Assembly (NCBI GenBank): GCA_907165135.1
Contig: OU015568.1
Span: 3,100,001-3,164,000 of the forward strand
Direction: 5' to 3'
Length of the DNA stretch: 64,000 nt
DNA from: Oikopleura dioica
Taxonomy: Eukaryota; Animalia; Chordata
In this document: positions 37,146 to 51,438 of the stretch, one piece after another
Position numbering within the stretch: the stretch's first letter is position 1
Layout: the number at the start of each line of letters is the position of its first letter
Position numbers and translations under genes: made by a program
The notes under the pieces: generated by a model
Seen by the model: only the letters and a program-made list of their open reading frames with translations
The model's database searches: none
Told to the model about the DNA's origin: nothing

Positions 37146-38229
37146 ATCATAAACACCCTTAAAAAATCTCGAAAACGAAACATGATTTGAGCATTATTGA
37201 TCCCTTTGAAATAGAATTACTCAAAGAAGGTCCGTTTTCGATAAAAATTGCTTTTTTTCTCAAACACCTGTGTGGATAAATTTATCTGTGTGTATACCCT
37301 TAGCGCGATAGTCCTACCGCTGTTGCGTCAGAGAGGCCACAGTTGGAAAAACTTCTATGCTTTCGCATATTTTCATTTCTCCCTAGCGCACATCTGTAAT
37401 GGCACTACTGTAGCATCATATTATCATATCCCGCCGAGGAGCTTGGCGCTGATAAGAACTCACCGTTCGGCGCGAAAACTAACAAGTTCCGATAAAGCGT
37501 AATCCTTGAAAATAGAACCAACTCTGGAACGAAAATAAAGTTAGAAAGTCTTCAAAAACATCGAAAAAAGAGCTCAACTTCAGGAATTTTTCTTGAATTG
37601 GAGGGAGTAATTTTACAAAAATTGCAAAAAGTATTTTGAAGCAAATTGTTTTGGGGAAGATTGCTATTCGATAAGACACCGCGAGTATAATTAGATTATT
37701 GATAAATATTTTTGAAAAACAAGAATAATAATAGAACGAAAATCATTCATATTTTCATGTCAATAAGGGGGTAGACATCGATAAACCAAAATAACGGATC
37801 CTCTTTCTCGTCTTTTCGATAATTTTTTTAAGGGTGTCATAATTATAAAAATTGAGGCGAAAATTGCTTTAATTTTTTTAATTGATAATTTTAGAATTCA
37901 ATTATAATAAATAATGACAAGATATTCCGCAGTGAAGAAGTTCTTGATTCAAGGAGAAAAAATCTTACACTCGAAAATTATTCCAAAGGTCGAAAAGGCC
38001 ACAACCCAGGGCCGCCAAAATGCAAATTCGACCGTTTGATATATGTATCAACGAAGTGATGGTCCGCAAGTCGCAACTCACGTTGTTTCCCTAAGCGCGC
38101 GGGGCCTCGATAAGGTTAAAAATGTTAATAGAAGGAATCGGGAATCACGATTTTTTCGAATTGCAAATGATGTTTTCTCATAAATTTTTGATGACGAACG
38201 AATATGTTGAAAGCCGTTCTATACGCTGC

Positions 38230-38485
38230 CTGAATCAGGACCCTTACACAGGAACCTGACACAGGAACCTGACACAGGAACCTGACTCAGAAACCTTACA
38301 CAGGAACCTGATTCAGGAACCTGACTCAGGAACCTTACACAGGAACCTGATTCAGGAACCTGGCACAGGAACCTGACACAGGAACCTGACTCAGGAACCT
38401 TACACAGGAACCTGATTCAGGAACCTGGCACAGGAACCTGACACAGGAACCTGACTCAGGAACCTGACACAGGACCCTGACTCAG
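38230..38485. repeat. 13-bp minisatellite (consensus GACACAGGAACCT), about 19-20 copies
   Basis: Contiguous units with variants TACAC/GATTC/GGCAC/GACAC/GACTC + AGGAACCT. No unique spacers. Confidence 0.95.
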
Positions 38486-41400
38486 CTTGAACTCAGGTTC
38501 TAAAAAGAGCAAGCGACTTTTGTTTGAAACTCAATTTAGCTTCAATTTAGCTTGTTTTAATTCAATTGTAAACTAGCTCAATTCACATATGCTGAAATAA
38601 TTTTCACCAAAAACAAAATTATTCGTCGCGCCCCAAACAAATTTGACTGCTTCTTCTGGTCTAAACGTGAACACGAAAAGAGAGGGCAGAAAACGTGTTT
38701 CCGGACAGGTGCAGCTGCCGAGGCCACTTAGACTAAGGATCTCGAAAACGCAAAAGCCCCTGATCTCGGACTTTGTTTGACAGATGACTGATGTAAAAAT
38801 CAACCAGAAAGCGAGATGAACTTAGATTAGTTCAGAAAGACACAATATGATTTCTAACGCTTTTTTCCACAACACCCTTAATTTTTTAAAAAGTTTTTTT
38901 CTGAGAAGATTTTTGAAAGTCTAAATATAATTTCAAAATACAAAAAATTGAAGAAATTAAGGGTATATCCCCAAAAAGAGGATTTTCTTCCCGAAAGCGA
39001 AGAAATTAGCTCAAAAATTCTTAAAATCGTGATTTCAGGCTCTCAACATCAAAATTTTTCGATAAAAAATTTTCTATATTTTTCACCCTTAACCCTAAGA
39101 AAGGGTTTTTCTCTTGATACTTTACCAGCAAAAATAACGATTTCTTCTTTTCAAATTTTTATCTTCTTTCCTCTGAGTTAAAAAAATGAAAAGCTAATTT
39201 AATCCTCTTAGTCTCTTCTCTTTAAAAAAAATTTACACAAGAGTAAGATAAAGAGCAAGAAGGATCTTTTGGTAGCCTTCGAGGGATCGAGCAGGGCGAG
39301 GAAAGCTGGGCGCGGTGCGCGAACGCTCATGGCGGCTCAGGGGCGCCACAAAAGCGCCACCGCGCGGTCTAGCGTCGAGCAAAATCGATGAATCGGCAAA
39401 GAAAGAGGATGGCATGGACGATCGTTATTCGTCGAGAAGAATTGCGCTCGTAATTACTTGAACAAAGTAAATTATCAATATTTAGATGCAGTTCAATTGA
39501 TATTATTCTTTCGAGACAAGAATTGATGGAGCCGCTTTCTTCTCATTTCTACATTAATGACGCTATCATTTTATTGCGAAAATGAGGAGCAGGAATAAAA
39601 TAGACGATTTTCACCTCTTTTTTTAATTAAAATCGAATATATCTTGAAATCTTGTTCAGAGAAATTTTTATTTTCGGATCTTTTTGGTGAATTTTCGAAC
39701 AAAAATTCAGAATTTGAATTTAAAAAATAGATGAATTTTATAATTTTGACATATTTATAATAGGAAGTCATACTGTAGCAGGACTGTAGCATTGTTTATA
39801 TCTCTTGCAGTCTCCAGTTGATGAAATTTGCTTTAGAAACTAAGCTTGCAACGACAATTTTGAGGGTCTAATTGTTCATTTTATTTGAAATGAAAAAGAA
39901 CCGTAACAAGGTTATTATAATTTTGGATTATGCAGATTCCGTTTTCAGCATAATTTTAACCAAGCAGGTTTACATAAAAATACCAGGTCAGTCGTTAGTA
40001 GGCCGCTATAATCAATTAAAAAGTCTGCAGTTACTTAATCCGCGTCCAAAAATCGACAAGACCCGTATTTTTCGAAAAACAAAGTCTTAGTTGCAAAACT
40101 CAATAATGATAATATTATGTGATCATCAACAAGAAACGAAATCCTGTTTAACGCTTTCCCGCAAAAAAACGGACCCTGGTACTATTTCTTTTACTCGGGA
40201 ATTATTAAAAATAGAACTAGCATACTTCGAATTCTCAAGTACTTTTTGATATCAACAATGTTCAAACGAGTACTTGACAATAATAAAACGTGAGCTTCAA
40301 CTTAACTTTCTCCCTCAATACCTTGTCGAAATTATTTTGAGTCGAGTCGAGTTGAGCTGAGTTTGATTGGATTGAAAAGTTCATGGAAGATTGAAGTTTT
40401 TGGATGAACTTTTCGAATTCTGTCGACGTTCGTTTTGACCTGATTAAACGTTTGAGGGCTTTCCCCGTCACTTTAGAGCTCAAGGGATGATCTTTAGGGA
40501 TGATGCTTAAGCCCGTAAATATGTGTTTCGCGCGAAGACTGTTTTAACCCCAGACGGGAGGATTTTTTTATTGAACGAATTCATGAGATCAGAATATCAT
40601 TTATTGACAAAAAGTTTTCCTAACAACATAAAATTAGAAAGCTCATTTGCACAAGAAAGCCATTTTATGAACAATTAATGAATGAACGCTTCATCAAAAA
40701 TATTAAGCGAATTGTTTTCGTATCATTCTAATTTTGCGTTTCAACAAAAAATGGCTGTTATATGCGCTGAGCATCTGTTGCGACCAAGCGGTAAATAGAT
40801 ATGCATCTTGCCTACTTTTTTGATGGAAAATTTTGAATTTCGCGCTCAATTCTGACCTCTCGCACGCCTCATTTTCGGATTTTCGAACATGTAAAAAGTT
40901 TCTATAGAATTACTCATTATCTCGAAAAAACGGTATATTTATTCGTATTTATGAAGATACGAAATTTATATTTTCTCCATAAACGAATGAGTCATTGAGT
41001 CGCAATAGTAAAAACAAATTGTAGTTAATCGAACTCGTTCTAATTATTTTCCGCTTGTTTGTTCCTTCCGCATTACTTGAGCTCGATCATTTCTCAACAT
41101 ATATAAAACCCCGTTGCCTCAACCTGCCGAAGCTTTCTCCTTTTTCGAATCCGGAAATCGGGCGCTAATTGTCGCCAGCGGAGTTTTACGGCAGCGGGAG
41201 CTGTTGTTTCAAGGAACGAGAAAGCACTTCCTCGATCTGCTTCCTTTTCCCCCTCTTGATAATATTCAATTGGGATACCACTTCTCCAGCGTTCTTTTTT
41301 TACTCTTCTTCAAATGCATTTTTAGAAGCCAAAAATGGTTCGAATTCGCTTATCAGTTGAGATCAGCAGATGTTGCCTACCGGTACACTACAGCTGTTTA

Positions 41401-44072
41401 TGGCAAGATGTTCACATTATCGATTTTTCGCTCTCTGCTGCCATCAGTTGAGGAAATAAATTGAGAGATTTTTCGTGAAAATATCATAAAATGACTCAAC
41501 AGCGTTTCTGAATGTTTCATATAGAAAATTTTCACTGTATTTTTACAGAAAAGATGATTAATTTCTTATTGTAAAATGAATACGCTCATTTTTATTTTAA
41601 TCTCATCGGTTGTTATCAAATTTAAAATCGCGATACTTTTTCTATATTTATCTCATGAAATGACTGCTTTTTTTGTTTTGATTCAAAGAGTTTTTTGATT
41701 GAATAAAATGATCCATTTACAAGAAACAAATATTCAGCATGAATCTTCCGTTCTTTTGTTAATAAGCAAAAAATATCATTGTTAGTGAAGCTCTGTTACG
41801 GGAAAACTGAAGTTATCTACTGTGTTCTACTCAGGGTGCAACCTTATGGCTCCCGATAAGAGTGTGTTTGGAGGGTTTAGACGTATCTCAAAGGATTCCC
41901 TAGAACACATCCGACCCTCGACAAGAGTAAGCCGATTCGAAATCGCTTGAAAAAAGCTCGTTCTTTCAAAAACAACTTTTATAAGCAGTTTTTACCAATT
42001 AACGAAATAACAAACAATTCCTAACAGAGCACTTTTTTCCCGTTTGATTGACGGATCACAAGTTGTAGTGGTTTTGAAACAGGGCGAAAGTTTTGAAACG
42101 AAAGTGTTTGTTTTTGATGTTGTTAATTGCAACTGCGCCTTCTTTTTTAATTGAATGAGTGTGTTTTTATTAAACAAAAGAGGCAAGTCAGAAACCGGAA
42201 ATGAGTCAAGTTTTTCGCTTGGGAACACGTGACTCTAAAATCTTTCAAAATCATACACTCGTTCATTTTAGCATAATTTTCGGGGATAACCATGTCTGAG
42301 CAACAAAATAATGAACGCTCGGAATGATAAAAAACGAATAGCCAGAGCGATAAGGAACGTGCGCCAGTGATAGTACACGTTCGGTATCAGCGGCAGTTGT
42401 CCCAGTTGACACGCGCGATCGCCGGATTCGAGAATCATGTTTTTACTAAATCCGAAAATGAAAAAGAAAAGGGGCAGGTTTCTTTCGAAAACTTTGAAAT
42501 TTGAGTTTCAGATGAAAGAGTTCGAATTCTTCCAAAAAAGAAAGCAAGGAAAAAAATTTGCGGAAATTATTTTATTCACGGTGGTAGACCCTTAAATCGC
42601 AAGACGCAAGCCCGAATCCTTCGCATATTTAGGCCTCAAGATAGAAACGTCAAGTGTCTTGCGCAAAAGTAACCATTCTGATTCCGCAAACGCCAATGTG
42701 AAGACGCCGCAGTCAAGGGTTAAAAATTCGCCGTATTTGGCGGGCAAGAATTCCAGCATTCCAATCAAGACCAAATCCAACGCGGCGCAATCTCCTTGTG
42801 GCATTTTCTTGCTTCTTAGCTTTTTTTGTCTCCTGCTCTAACCTTTTTCGGACAGCAAAAAATGCGCGATAAAGCTGTGTCCGGATAACCTTATGTCCTT
42901 TTTGGAGTTTTAGTCGAAAATTATCTCCAAAAACGTGGCGCTAACAGCATTCCGAGCATTTGTTTGAACGTGCTTGCAAAATATGAGCCAGATTTTTCGC
43001 GCATTGCAAACTTGATTTGAGCCCAAGAAAATGGCAATTAGAAGCATTTGCGACCATTACTTGACTTTCTATTATTCTTGAAAAAGGCTTATTCAAAAAG
43101 AGCAGTCAATCAAATTTTCCACTTTTTGGAGAAAAAGTTTCGTTTCCTTGATAAAATATTTTAGCTAATCTCTTCCCCCGTAATAAAAGTTAAGCCACAA
43201 ACACAACCCTCTTTTGGGTAGTCTAGCCAGTTTTCTAGCGAGCTTTATTAGATTTCAAAATTTGCTGCTCACGTAAAAAAGGAAAGTTTTGAATTATCGC
43301 CTCAATTTGACAAAATGTTTATTGTGGCTCCTGGAAGAAAACGATGAGCTCGAAGAAAATCGGTATAATATTTTTAATGTTTGTGGTTCGGGCCTCTTTA
43401 TCATGGAAATTATAGTGCTAGAATCGATTATACAGTATGATCCCGAAGTATTTCACAGTATTCAATGCGATATTAAAGTACCCCTCTTCATAAATGCATC
43501 CCAAAAATTTTGGCCTCCAAAGTTTGGGAAAATGCATGTAATTTGTACTTAGCGTGAAAATCGCGATTTTTTTCAATTTTTATCGTTATCAAAAGAGGAC
43601 AAGTTAGGGGTTGATCGAAAGCTTAGAATGTGCTGATAACGAATATGATATCCGCACTAGAATCTTCGGCCATTTGTTGGCGCTAGAGAGCATTTAACCA
43701 CCAAAAAATGCCAAAAATGGCTCCAAAAAGTTCTACAACTAGGAAATTTTTTTCAGTCATCCAATTATGCTGGTTCTACCAGAATATTAAGTTTAGGCTC
43801 TGAGCTATCTATAGAAGCAAGAATATTGGTGATTAAAGAGCCCCAAAAAAGTATATACGATTTGAAAATGGTCAAAAATAGCCATTTTCGCCAACTTTAA
43901 TCACTTTGACGGCCTGTAATGCATCAGCGAATGTTATGCTGGCAAGCTGATTCTACCAGAATTTGCTCCTTTTAAAGCGGGCTTTCTAATGCGCCTAAAA
44001 CCAGCTTCCTAAGTAAGCTCAAAAAAAAGTAGATAGAGGTCAAAGTTGGCGAAATCAGGGGGGGATCCCTTA

Positions 44073-44132
44073 AATAATTATTAAAATTATTAATTTCAAA
44101 AAAAAAAATAATTAATAATTTTAATAATTATT
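44073..44132. repeat. AT-only perfect 23-bp inverted repeat
   Basis: AATAATTATTAAAATTATTAATT (44073-44095) and its reverse complement (44110-44132) around an A-rich loop. Confidence 0.8.
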
Positions 44133-44287
44133 TATTTATTATACTTATAATTAATTATTATACAAAAATCACTAATTTAAAAAAATAATTAATAATTTTA
44201 ATAATCATTTTTTCACGAGAGAAGTTATATTTCGTATTTACAGTTGTTTATTTTGAAATTTTTTAATTATGAAACATTTTAATTAAC

Positions 44288-44520
44288 TTAGTTAGATCGC
44301 TGTTTTCTCGTCGGAAAGTGAGTTTTTCGGCCATGAGAAGATTCCAGCCGCGCGTAGCAAATACTTGCGCTGAGGTTAAAGAATTATCAAAGGCACGTGT
44401 CCGACCTGTAGAAGAGGCGCAAGAAACCCATAAGAGCGAGAAGAGCTCCGATGCCAGTAACCAGGAAGGATGTGCACGAGTACTCCAGCCGAACGATGGG
44501 ATCTTCCTTAACGCCTTGAA
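44288..44520 (-). CDS. Possible terminal exons of a membrane protein
   Basis: AG/GT-bounded segment GVKEDPIVRLEYSCTSFLVTGIGALLALMGFLRLFY (hydrophobic helix), then SASICYARLESSHGRKTHFPTRKQRSN*. Upstream exons were not established. Confidence 0.3.
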
Positions 44521-47445
44521 AGGAGCTCACTTATCGGCTCGTTTTCAATCCCTTATCACTTTTAAAATTGTGCCCCGAGTAGTGCACGATTCGGTTTTCG
44601 AGAGAGAAAGATCCTTTTTCTTCTTTCTGGAGAATAATTCTTGAGAATAAGGAAGGGCAAAAGGAAGGATTAGCGTAGTTAACTTTTCTCTTAATTTTTG
44701 GTGAAGGCTACTGTAATTAAAATTTTGGGTCAACGATGAGATCATTTTTAAATCAACAGGGTGGCGAAACAACACCTTTTAATGCTCAATTAGAAACTTC
44801 AGGAAAGCTGGTCAATAATCTGACCAAGATTAAACGAGGCGAGTCAAGTTTAATTAACTCCTCGCCGCAATCGATTTCACCGTCTCTGTATGTCCGTTTA
44901 ATGGGATGTACGATGCACGGTTAAGTGAACCCCCGCTCCCTGGCACCTGAACGACGATTCCAAGTCCGATTACGCCACAGGTTGATAAGAAAAACCCTTT
45001 CTCAGTTCCTTATCAGCCCCATTTTAAGGGCTTAGAAATGGATAAAAATCTGAAGCTTGTTTTCCGCCCTTATTAAAAAATTACTGATAAGAAGAATTTA
45101 AAGACTAAAAAAAAGTTAAGTCTTTAGATAAAAAGAAGCTTCTTTCGAAGAAAAAAATCAACAAGAAAAGCCGTTTGCGGCTTTTGATTAAAGAAACACC
45201 GCATTTTTCTTCAATTAACATTTTTTAATTATTTTTTAACAAAATAATTTAATAAAAAAAAATTTTTTTTTCATCATTTTTAGAAAGAACTGATTCCTGT
45301 AGTGAGCAAAATACACACCCAAGATGTTTCATTTTTCTCGATTCCAACTAAGCTTTCATCTTCCGATTCTAGCGAGACTTCTGAGTGGAGAGATTCACTG
45401 CCCGTTACCGAGTTTCTCAAAATCATGAATCCTCAAACATTTTGGTGACGAGAAGTTACGGATTTTGTGTGGAAGGGATTTGCACTAAGCCGCATTTTGC
45501 TGTCACCTTTGCGGTTTTGATCCTGATGCTCTGATTTTTAAAGAAAGAGTGAATCTTCCGCCTTGCCTTGGAATTGAGAATTGAGAAGCAGCCTTGTCTT
45601 CGTCTCCATTAAACTTTGTCACGCTCTTGCACGGAATCAAGTGCCCAGTTCAACAACTTTCCGTTTTTTTTTCGTCTCAAAATTCTCTAGCCAGCTTTTT
45701 TCTTTCTTCAAATTATGGAAGAAACAAGATTATCTTAGTACTTTTTAAAAGACAAAAGAGGGGGAAAGACGACCCAAGAAGAATTGCCCTTTAGTAATAA
45801 TAGAATAGTAGCACTAATAAAGAGGAGCTACAAGGAAACAATTATTGAACGAATGGAGATTACAAGATGACTTAAGTTTCCTAGTAATTAGTTTTTGAGC
45901 CTGTTTTGGCTCTTAAGAAGAAGCCTTTTCTATCAAGGATTTAGGTCTTTTCGATTAAAGAAAGAGTACAGTAAAGAAGAGAGAAGGAAATCCACTCTTC
46001 GGACTATCTTTTAGAAAGAACTGGCCTCTGCTCCCTAATCTAAACTCGAGTGACGTTCACGACGTATTTGGGACGCATTTTGCATTTGAAAGCACGGCTC
46101 AACATCCGCCGAACCATAATTCAAATTCTACCTCGTTGCGCGTTTATTCATCCACGACACATTTTCTCCATAACAACCAATCCATCATTACATTTTCCGC
46201 TCTTTCTAAAACTTCATCGAGCAAGACCTCAGATATTTTCGACAAGAAAACGGATAAGAAGAAGACCCTCGAAATTATTATAATGAGGAGGCCTACGACG
46301 ATGAATATGTTTTTGTTCATTTTGTGTTCTTGAGAAAACAAGTGCGGCAAATAAATAAATTTCGTCCGTAGCTATTCGTGGCTAGAAGTAATTCGTGTTT
46401 GTTGTGAGGAACAGTAACAGTTGTGAGCAGCACAAATAATCGCTTGTTGTTGCTCAAGCTGAAACTTAAGTTTTGTTGATTGTTCAGAAGAATGCGGTGA
46501 GCATGCGGATTTCCGGATTTAGTGAACTCCAACCACACAGTGTTGCTGGCTAAGGATTCTCGAGAAAAAGGGTTGAATAAAACTGTTTTCTGTTGCTGAA
46601 TCAAACAAATGAAAAGTTGCTCTAAAATCCCCCTTTTCAATGTCGCTGCATTACGAAACACGAATCAGGGCATCTAAAATAATTAAACTTTCTCACTTAC
46701 AAGCTTTTCCAAATGCTGATATTATATATTGCTGCCGGTTAAAATTTATAATCTCAAACAGCGTCACCATTCTAGCGAAGCATGCGTCCGTGTCGACCTT
46801 GGAAGCTGCGGCATTGCATCGTTAATCAAGACAATATTGCTTTTATACTGCAGCTGGCGCACAATGAGAGTAGCTCTCGTAACTTTTACACCTTTTCATG
46901 AATTTTAAACGCGAGACAGACGAGAGCAACAGAAATTATGAGTCAGATCAGCTTTTAGTTTTCTTTTCTTTGATTCTGAAAACCGTTTCCGACGATTTCC
47001 AGATGACGTAACACATCGGTAACGGAAGTTATGCTCTCGTTCCTCTTTTCAGTAATAAGCCGAATAAGCATTATTGTACTTTGCCGAACTCAAAGCGGAT
47101 AAAACTGACAGCGTTAAAATGTTACTTCTGCTGAGAAATTTCCGTCTTGAAGAATCCGCTTGAGATTTTAACCAACTCAAAATCATTCCGAAAATACTTT
47201 TTCTTGAGAATGCTAGATTTTGTAGAGGATGAGTTTGGAAGGCAAATCCTACAACTGAGATCGACAAGAGTTCGGGTACCTATCGACTTTTTTTCCAAAA
47301 TTACCGTAAATGAATTCTTCAGTGCATGGATTGCGACTGTGTTGGCGTTCTGAAAAAGAAAGATGGAAAGGTATATTTATTTACCGAGGAGGTGCTTACG
47401 ACCCGCAGCATTCACACCCAAAAGCACGATTTTAAGAAGGCAACA

Positions 47446-50400
47446 ATGAAGACTGTGATTCGCGATAGAATGACTCTGGCTAAGCACGGTTTTGCTACTG
47501 ACAAACAACAGCGAACCTATCTTACGCTCGGTTCTCTTTTCTGGATAACAATCATGCTTATAGGTAAGTTTATGGCCATCAACTTCTTTTGATGCTTTCT
47601 AGCGGGCTACGACTCTCTACAAAAATCACGCGTCGTTACAACTTTTCTGACTACGACATGTCATCGTAACTACAAAAAATGCGTGACTCTTGAAAACATG
47701 GACTACTGTGGGCACCTAATGAAGCAATGCTACGAAACAAAAAAATTCATCATTCCTAATCCCATTTCAAAAATACCCCAGCAACAAACAAAAGTTCAAA
47801 CTTTCTCCGAAGAAGAAAACCAAGTAAATCTCCTCCGCTGCCAGAAGAAAAAATTCTATGACCAAAAAATATGCCGTCATTTATGTTCTACAACGCTTGT
47901 TTTGGAGACAACGAGGACTAACCCAATGTCTCCATGTGAAAAAATCTGCTTCGAGCTCACTCGGTCTTTTGATTCAGCTGGAGAGGTTTGCCCGTTTCAG
48001 AAATATTGTCCAGCAGGATGTCCCTGTCCTTTTTATGATTGCGAGAAAGTTGATATGCCGCAGAAATTTATTCCTGTTTTTGATCTCGATGAAACGTCGG
48101 GAAATCAACTTCAAGACTTGTTAGTATCAACCACATCCTCTTCAACTCATTTTGCATCAACCCAGTCGACTGCAAAACAGTCAACAACAACACCGTCAGC
48201 AACAACAGAGTCGACAACAACACAATCAACAACAACACAGTCGACAACACCACAGTCAACTTCTACAGAGTCAACTTTGAGAGAGACATTTTTGATTCAG
48301 ACAACATCATCTGAAATGGAGCAAACTGTGGACGACGTTAATATCCAGTGGATAACTGCTCGATGGGATCATCGTCAATCGACTGAATTGAAAAAATACC
48401 CGCTCGGTCTTTACGATTTCACAAATAATGAAATTGCAGGACAAACGTTGAGGACCCCTCGCTCATTTTATGCCTATGTGAGTGAAGAATTCGCGATCAT
48501 TTAATAAATTTTTAGTCGACCGGTGCAACTTTTCTCAATGGAGTTCATTACTTGGTCGATGCTCTTGGAAATCTGATGAAATTCAACGAACATGAAATAG
48601 AGTCTCCTGTGTTCATCCCAAATCGACGGCAAGGAATGTAAGCTTTTAAAATTTCTTATTTTTACTTCATTGCGTTATTCTAGAGGCTTCTTCGTCTTCC
48701 ATTTCGGCGCGTCTATCGGAACTCATCACATCGTTATTCGGAGAAAAGAAAATGACAAGCAGGTGTTTCCCGTCGTTGTTATCTGAAAAAGGTCAAAAAG
48801 AGACAAAACGAAATGTTGAAAGTCATTTTTGACCTGTTTAAGCTCCCCTACCGGAAGATCAGACAAGTGCTACTATTACGCAACAGACTACAATTTGAAT
48901 CGTTTTGAAGAAGCACAGGGTTTTATCGCCAGCAACCATTTTAACGCGAAAACGTCTTCCATCAGCTTCAAGGGAGTATTTTACTTGATGAGTGTCAGGC
49001 TTGGCGAAAACTACATCAAACTATCGACAACGATTGCATTGAATAGAATCAGGAAAAACGAAGAAATGGAGAAAGGATGGAAAAAGAACGAAATCGCTTT
49101 GCCGGCAAGATTTCGAGATTTAGACCCTGTGCACGTTGTCCCGTTGATGGACGTAAAAAGGCTTCTTCTTGTTCTAGTTACTCGTAGCATTGTCTTATCA
49201 AACACTCAATATTCTTTATTGCTCGAAGCGGAAGGAAAATTCATCACTCTGGGAAGCGAGTGGATAGGCTCACTCGTCAAATACGAAGAAAAATCAGTAT
49301 GTTTCTCCTGGTTGTTCGCTCAGAATGACTTTCTCTACACTGACCTAAGAGGAATCAACAACGATGAATGCGAGTATTTCGGCAATGGAATCATCAACAA
49401 TGAAAAAATATTTATCCAGAGCTATGTTTTCGATGCTACGTTCGAAATAGTATTCGATTTCGACTTTGTTGAGCTTGATTTCGTTCAAAAACGAGCCGAT
49501 GAAAAAATTCACGTCACAAGCAATCCTCATTTTGCTTTTCATGACGATGTCTTTCCTGCGTTTTCCAAAAATGCTTTCCGCCAACGTCAATTTCCACGGC
49601 TTCCAAGTTTAAAATTTCCACCTTATCCAGTAACAATCGTTCCTGATAATTATTTCTCATCTTTAGCCGAGCAAAAACATATCGCTACTTTTGAGATAGA
49701 TGTTAATGGAACAGAGAGTTTCAAAGCAGAGCTTAATTCAAAGAAAGAGGATGTCTTAGAGAGCAAAAAGATTCTTGAGCTGCAGTTTTTCGACGGCAAG
49801 AAGTTCTTTGGATTGGAAAGACTTATTAATGGCTCAACTTTATTCTATTCTGATTATTTCAAAAACTCGATTCTTCATTTCAACACATCAGACTTATCTG
49901 AATTTGAATTGAAATTGCACACTGATCAATTCTCTCAAAAACATACAGCGGAAATTTCGGAAAACAGATGGAAAAGTGAGGTAGATGCCGATTTTATTCA
50001 AAAACAATGCACCAAAAGAAAATGCTTAAAAGAATCCTGGTGTCGACATTGGTGTCGGGATAAACGAAATATGGGTCACAGAATAACTGCTCATGTTGAA
50101 GGACTCTTGAATAGGGTCGACAATAGAATCCGTGTTTTCAAGTTTGATCGAGAGACTGAAATCAAAAATTTCATTTATTCAAAAGAAAAGGAAAGTCAGA
50201 TCAACATTATCCGACCAACCTATGGCGACTTATTAAAGCATTACGTTTTATTGCATGATGGATCAAATCGTACTTTGTCGATCAAAGCTCCGTCTGATTC
50301 TACGCGCACACTCGGCGACTACACTGTTCTCTCAAAACACGCTTATGTTCATGATCAATTCCACATTTTCGGAGGCCATTTTAATGAACGCAAAGTAATT

Positions 50401-51438
50401 CATACATACATCTTTAGTATACTTAAGTATAGTTAGAAGGCGTTGTAGTCATGTTTCTTCGACCAAGATTGCGCCAAACTATAAATAAACTATTGATTCA
50501 ATAATAGTTCTTAATAAGAGCTTCTTATTAAAAAACTTCTTAAGATTGCACGGTTAGATGGATGTGAATTTACCGAATTACAAGTTAAACTCCTTGAAGA
50601 TTACCGAAGTGGACATTCCGTATTACCCATAAATAATGGTCAGCAAGGTAGTAAATCAGTGACGCTCAATTTCTTGTTTATTTGCTTTCCATTCGGAACG
50701 AATGATTCGAAAATTATTTTTAGCAATTATTTGTTTTGGTTATGCCTCTGTTAAATATACAGATACAAGAGAAAAAGATTGCGAACAGTTCGACGGAATT
50801 ACCGTTAACCCGATCTCGAGAACAAATAGTGAGCATTGGAATGGGGGATTAGGGCTTTATCAAGGACGAGCAACTGTCGTTGGAGGCTCGTATTCAGAAG
50901 GAGCCACAGAAACATTAATGGATGACGGCTGGGTTTATCTTTCTTCGCATCCGAGGTTTTCCCTTACTATTGACATTAATTTAACAAAGGTTAAGAAAGC
51001 TAGAATATGTTACTACTGTTGGGCTTTCTTCAGGGGTTCTATTGACGACCGGAGGAAAAGAGTGGAATGGTCCACTATTGAATGATATTTGGCGGCTTAT
51101 GGACAATCGTTGGTTTCATCTCGGCCACCTTAACATGGTAAATTATTATCTTGATCAAGTATATAAAAACAATCTCAGGCAATAATGAAGACGACGACGT
51201 TACTACTCAAAGATTCAATCTATGTTTTACCTGGCGAGACAAATGAAGATGCAAGACCTATTCAACTAATAACTTTAGGTAAGCGCTAAAGGATTGACGG
51301 GACCAGTTGTGTTTATCTCATTTTTCAGATTTTGGGGGCCACCAAGTCCGGACTGAAAATATAACCAACGATCGTGCACCTTATTCAGTTGAATATCCAA
51401 TTGCTTTTGTCTCTCCCATTAATTACTGCAGCCTTTGA
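47446..51438 (+). CDS. Type II membrane protein: Cys-rich domain, Thr/Ser mucin stalk, beta-propeller/kelch-like C-terminus (copy 2)
   Basis: N-terminal TM (TYLTLGSLFWITIMLIAG), CPFQKYCPAGCPCPFYDC, STTTQ repeats, a 535-codon open frame, then IARLDGCEFTEL, AIICFG and LGLYQGRATVVGG. Stop at 51436-51438. Contains an internal in-frame TGA at 48784-48786 (see findings). Confidence 0.8.

Noticed and set aside
38230-38485. CRISPR array or coding repeat
   Set aside because: The units are contiguous with no unique spacers, the context is eukaryotic, and the 13-nt period is not a multiple of 3.
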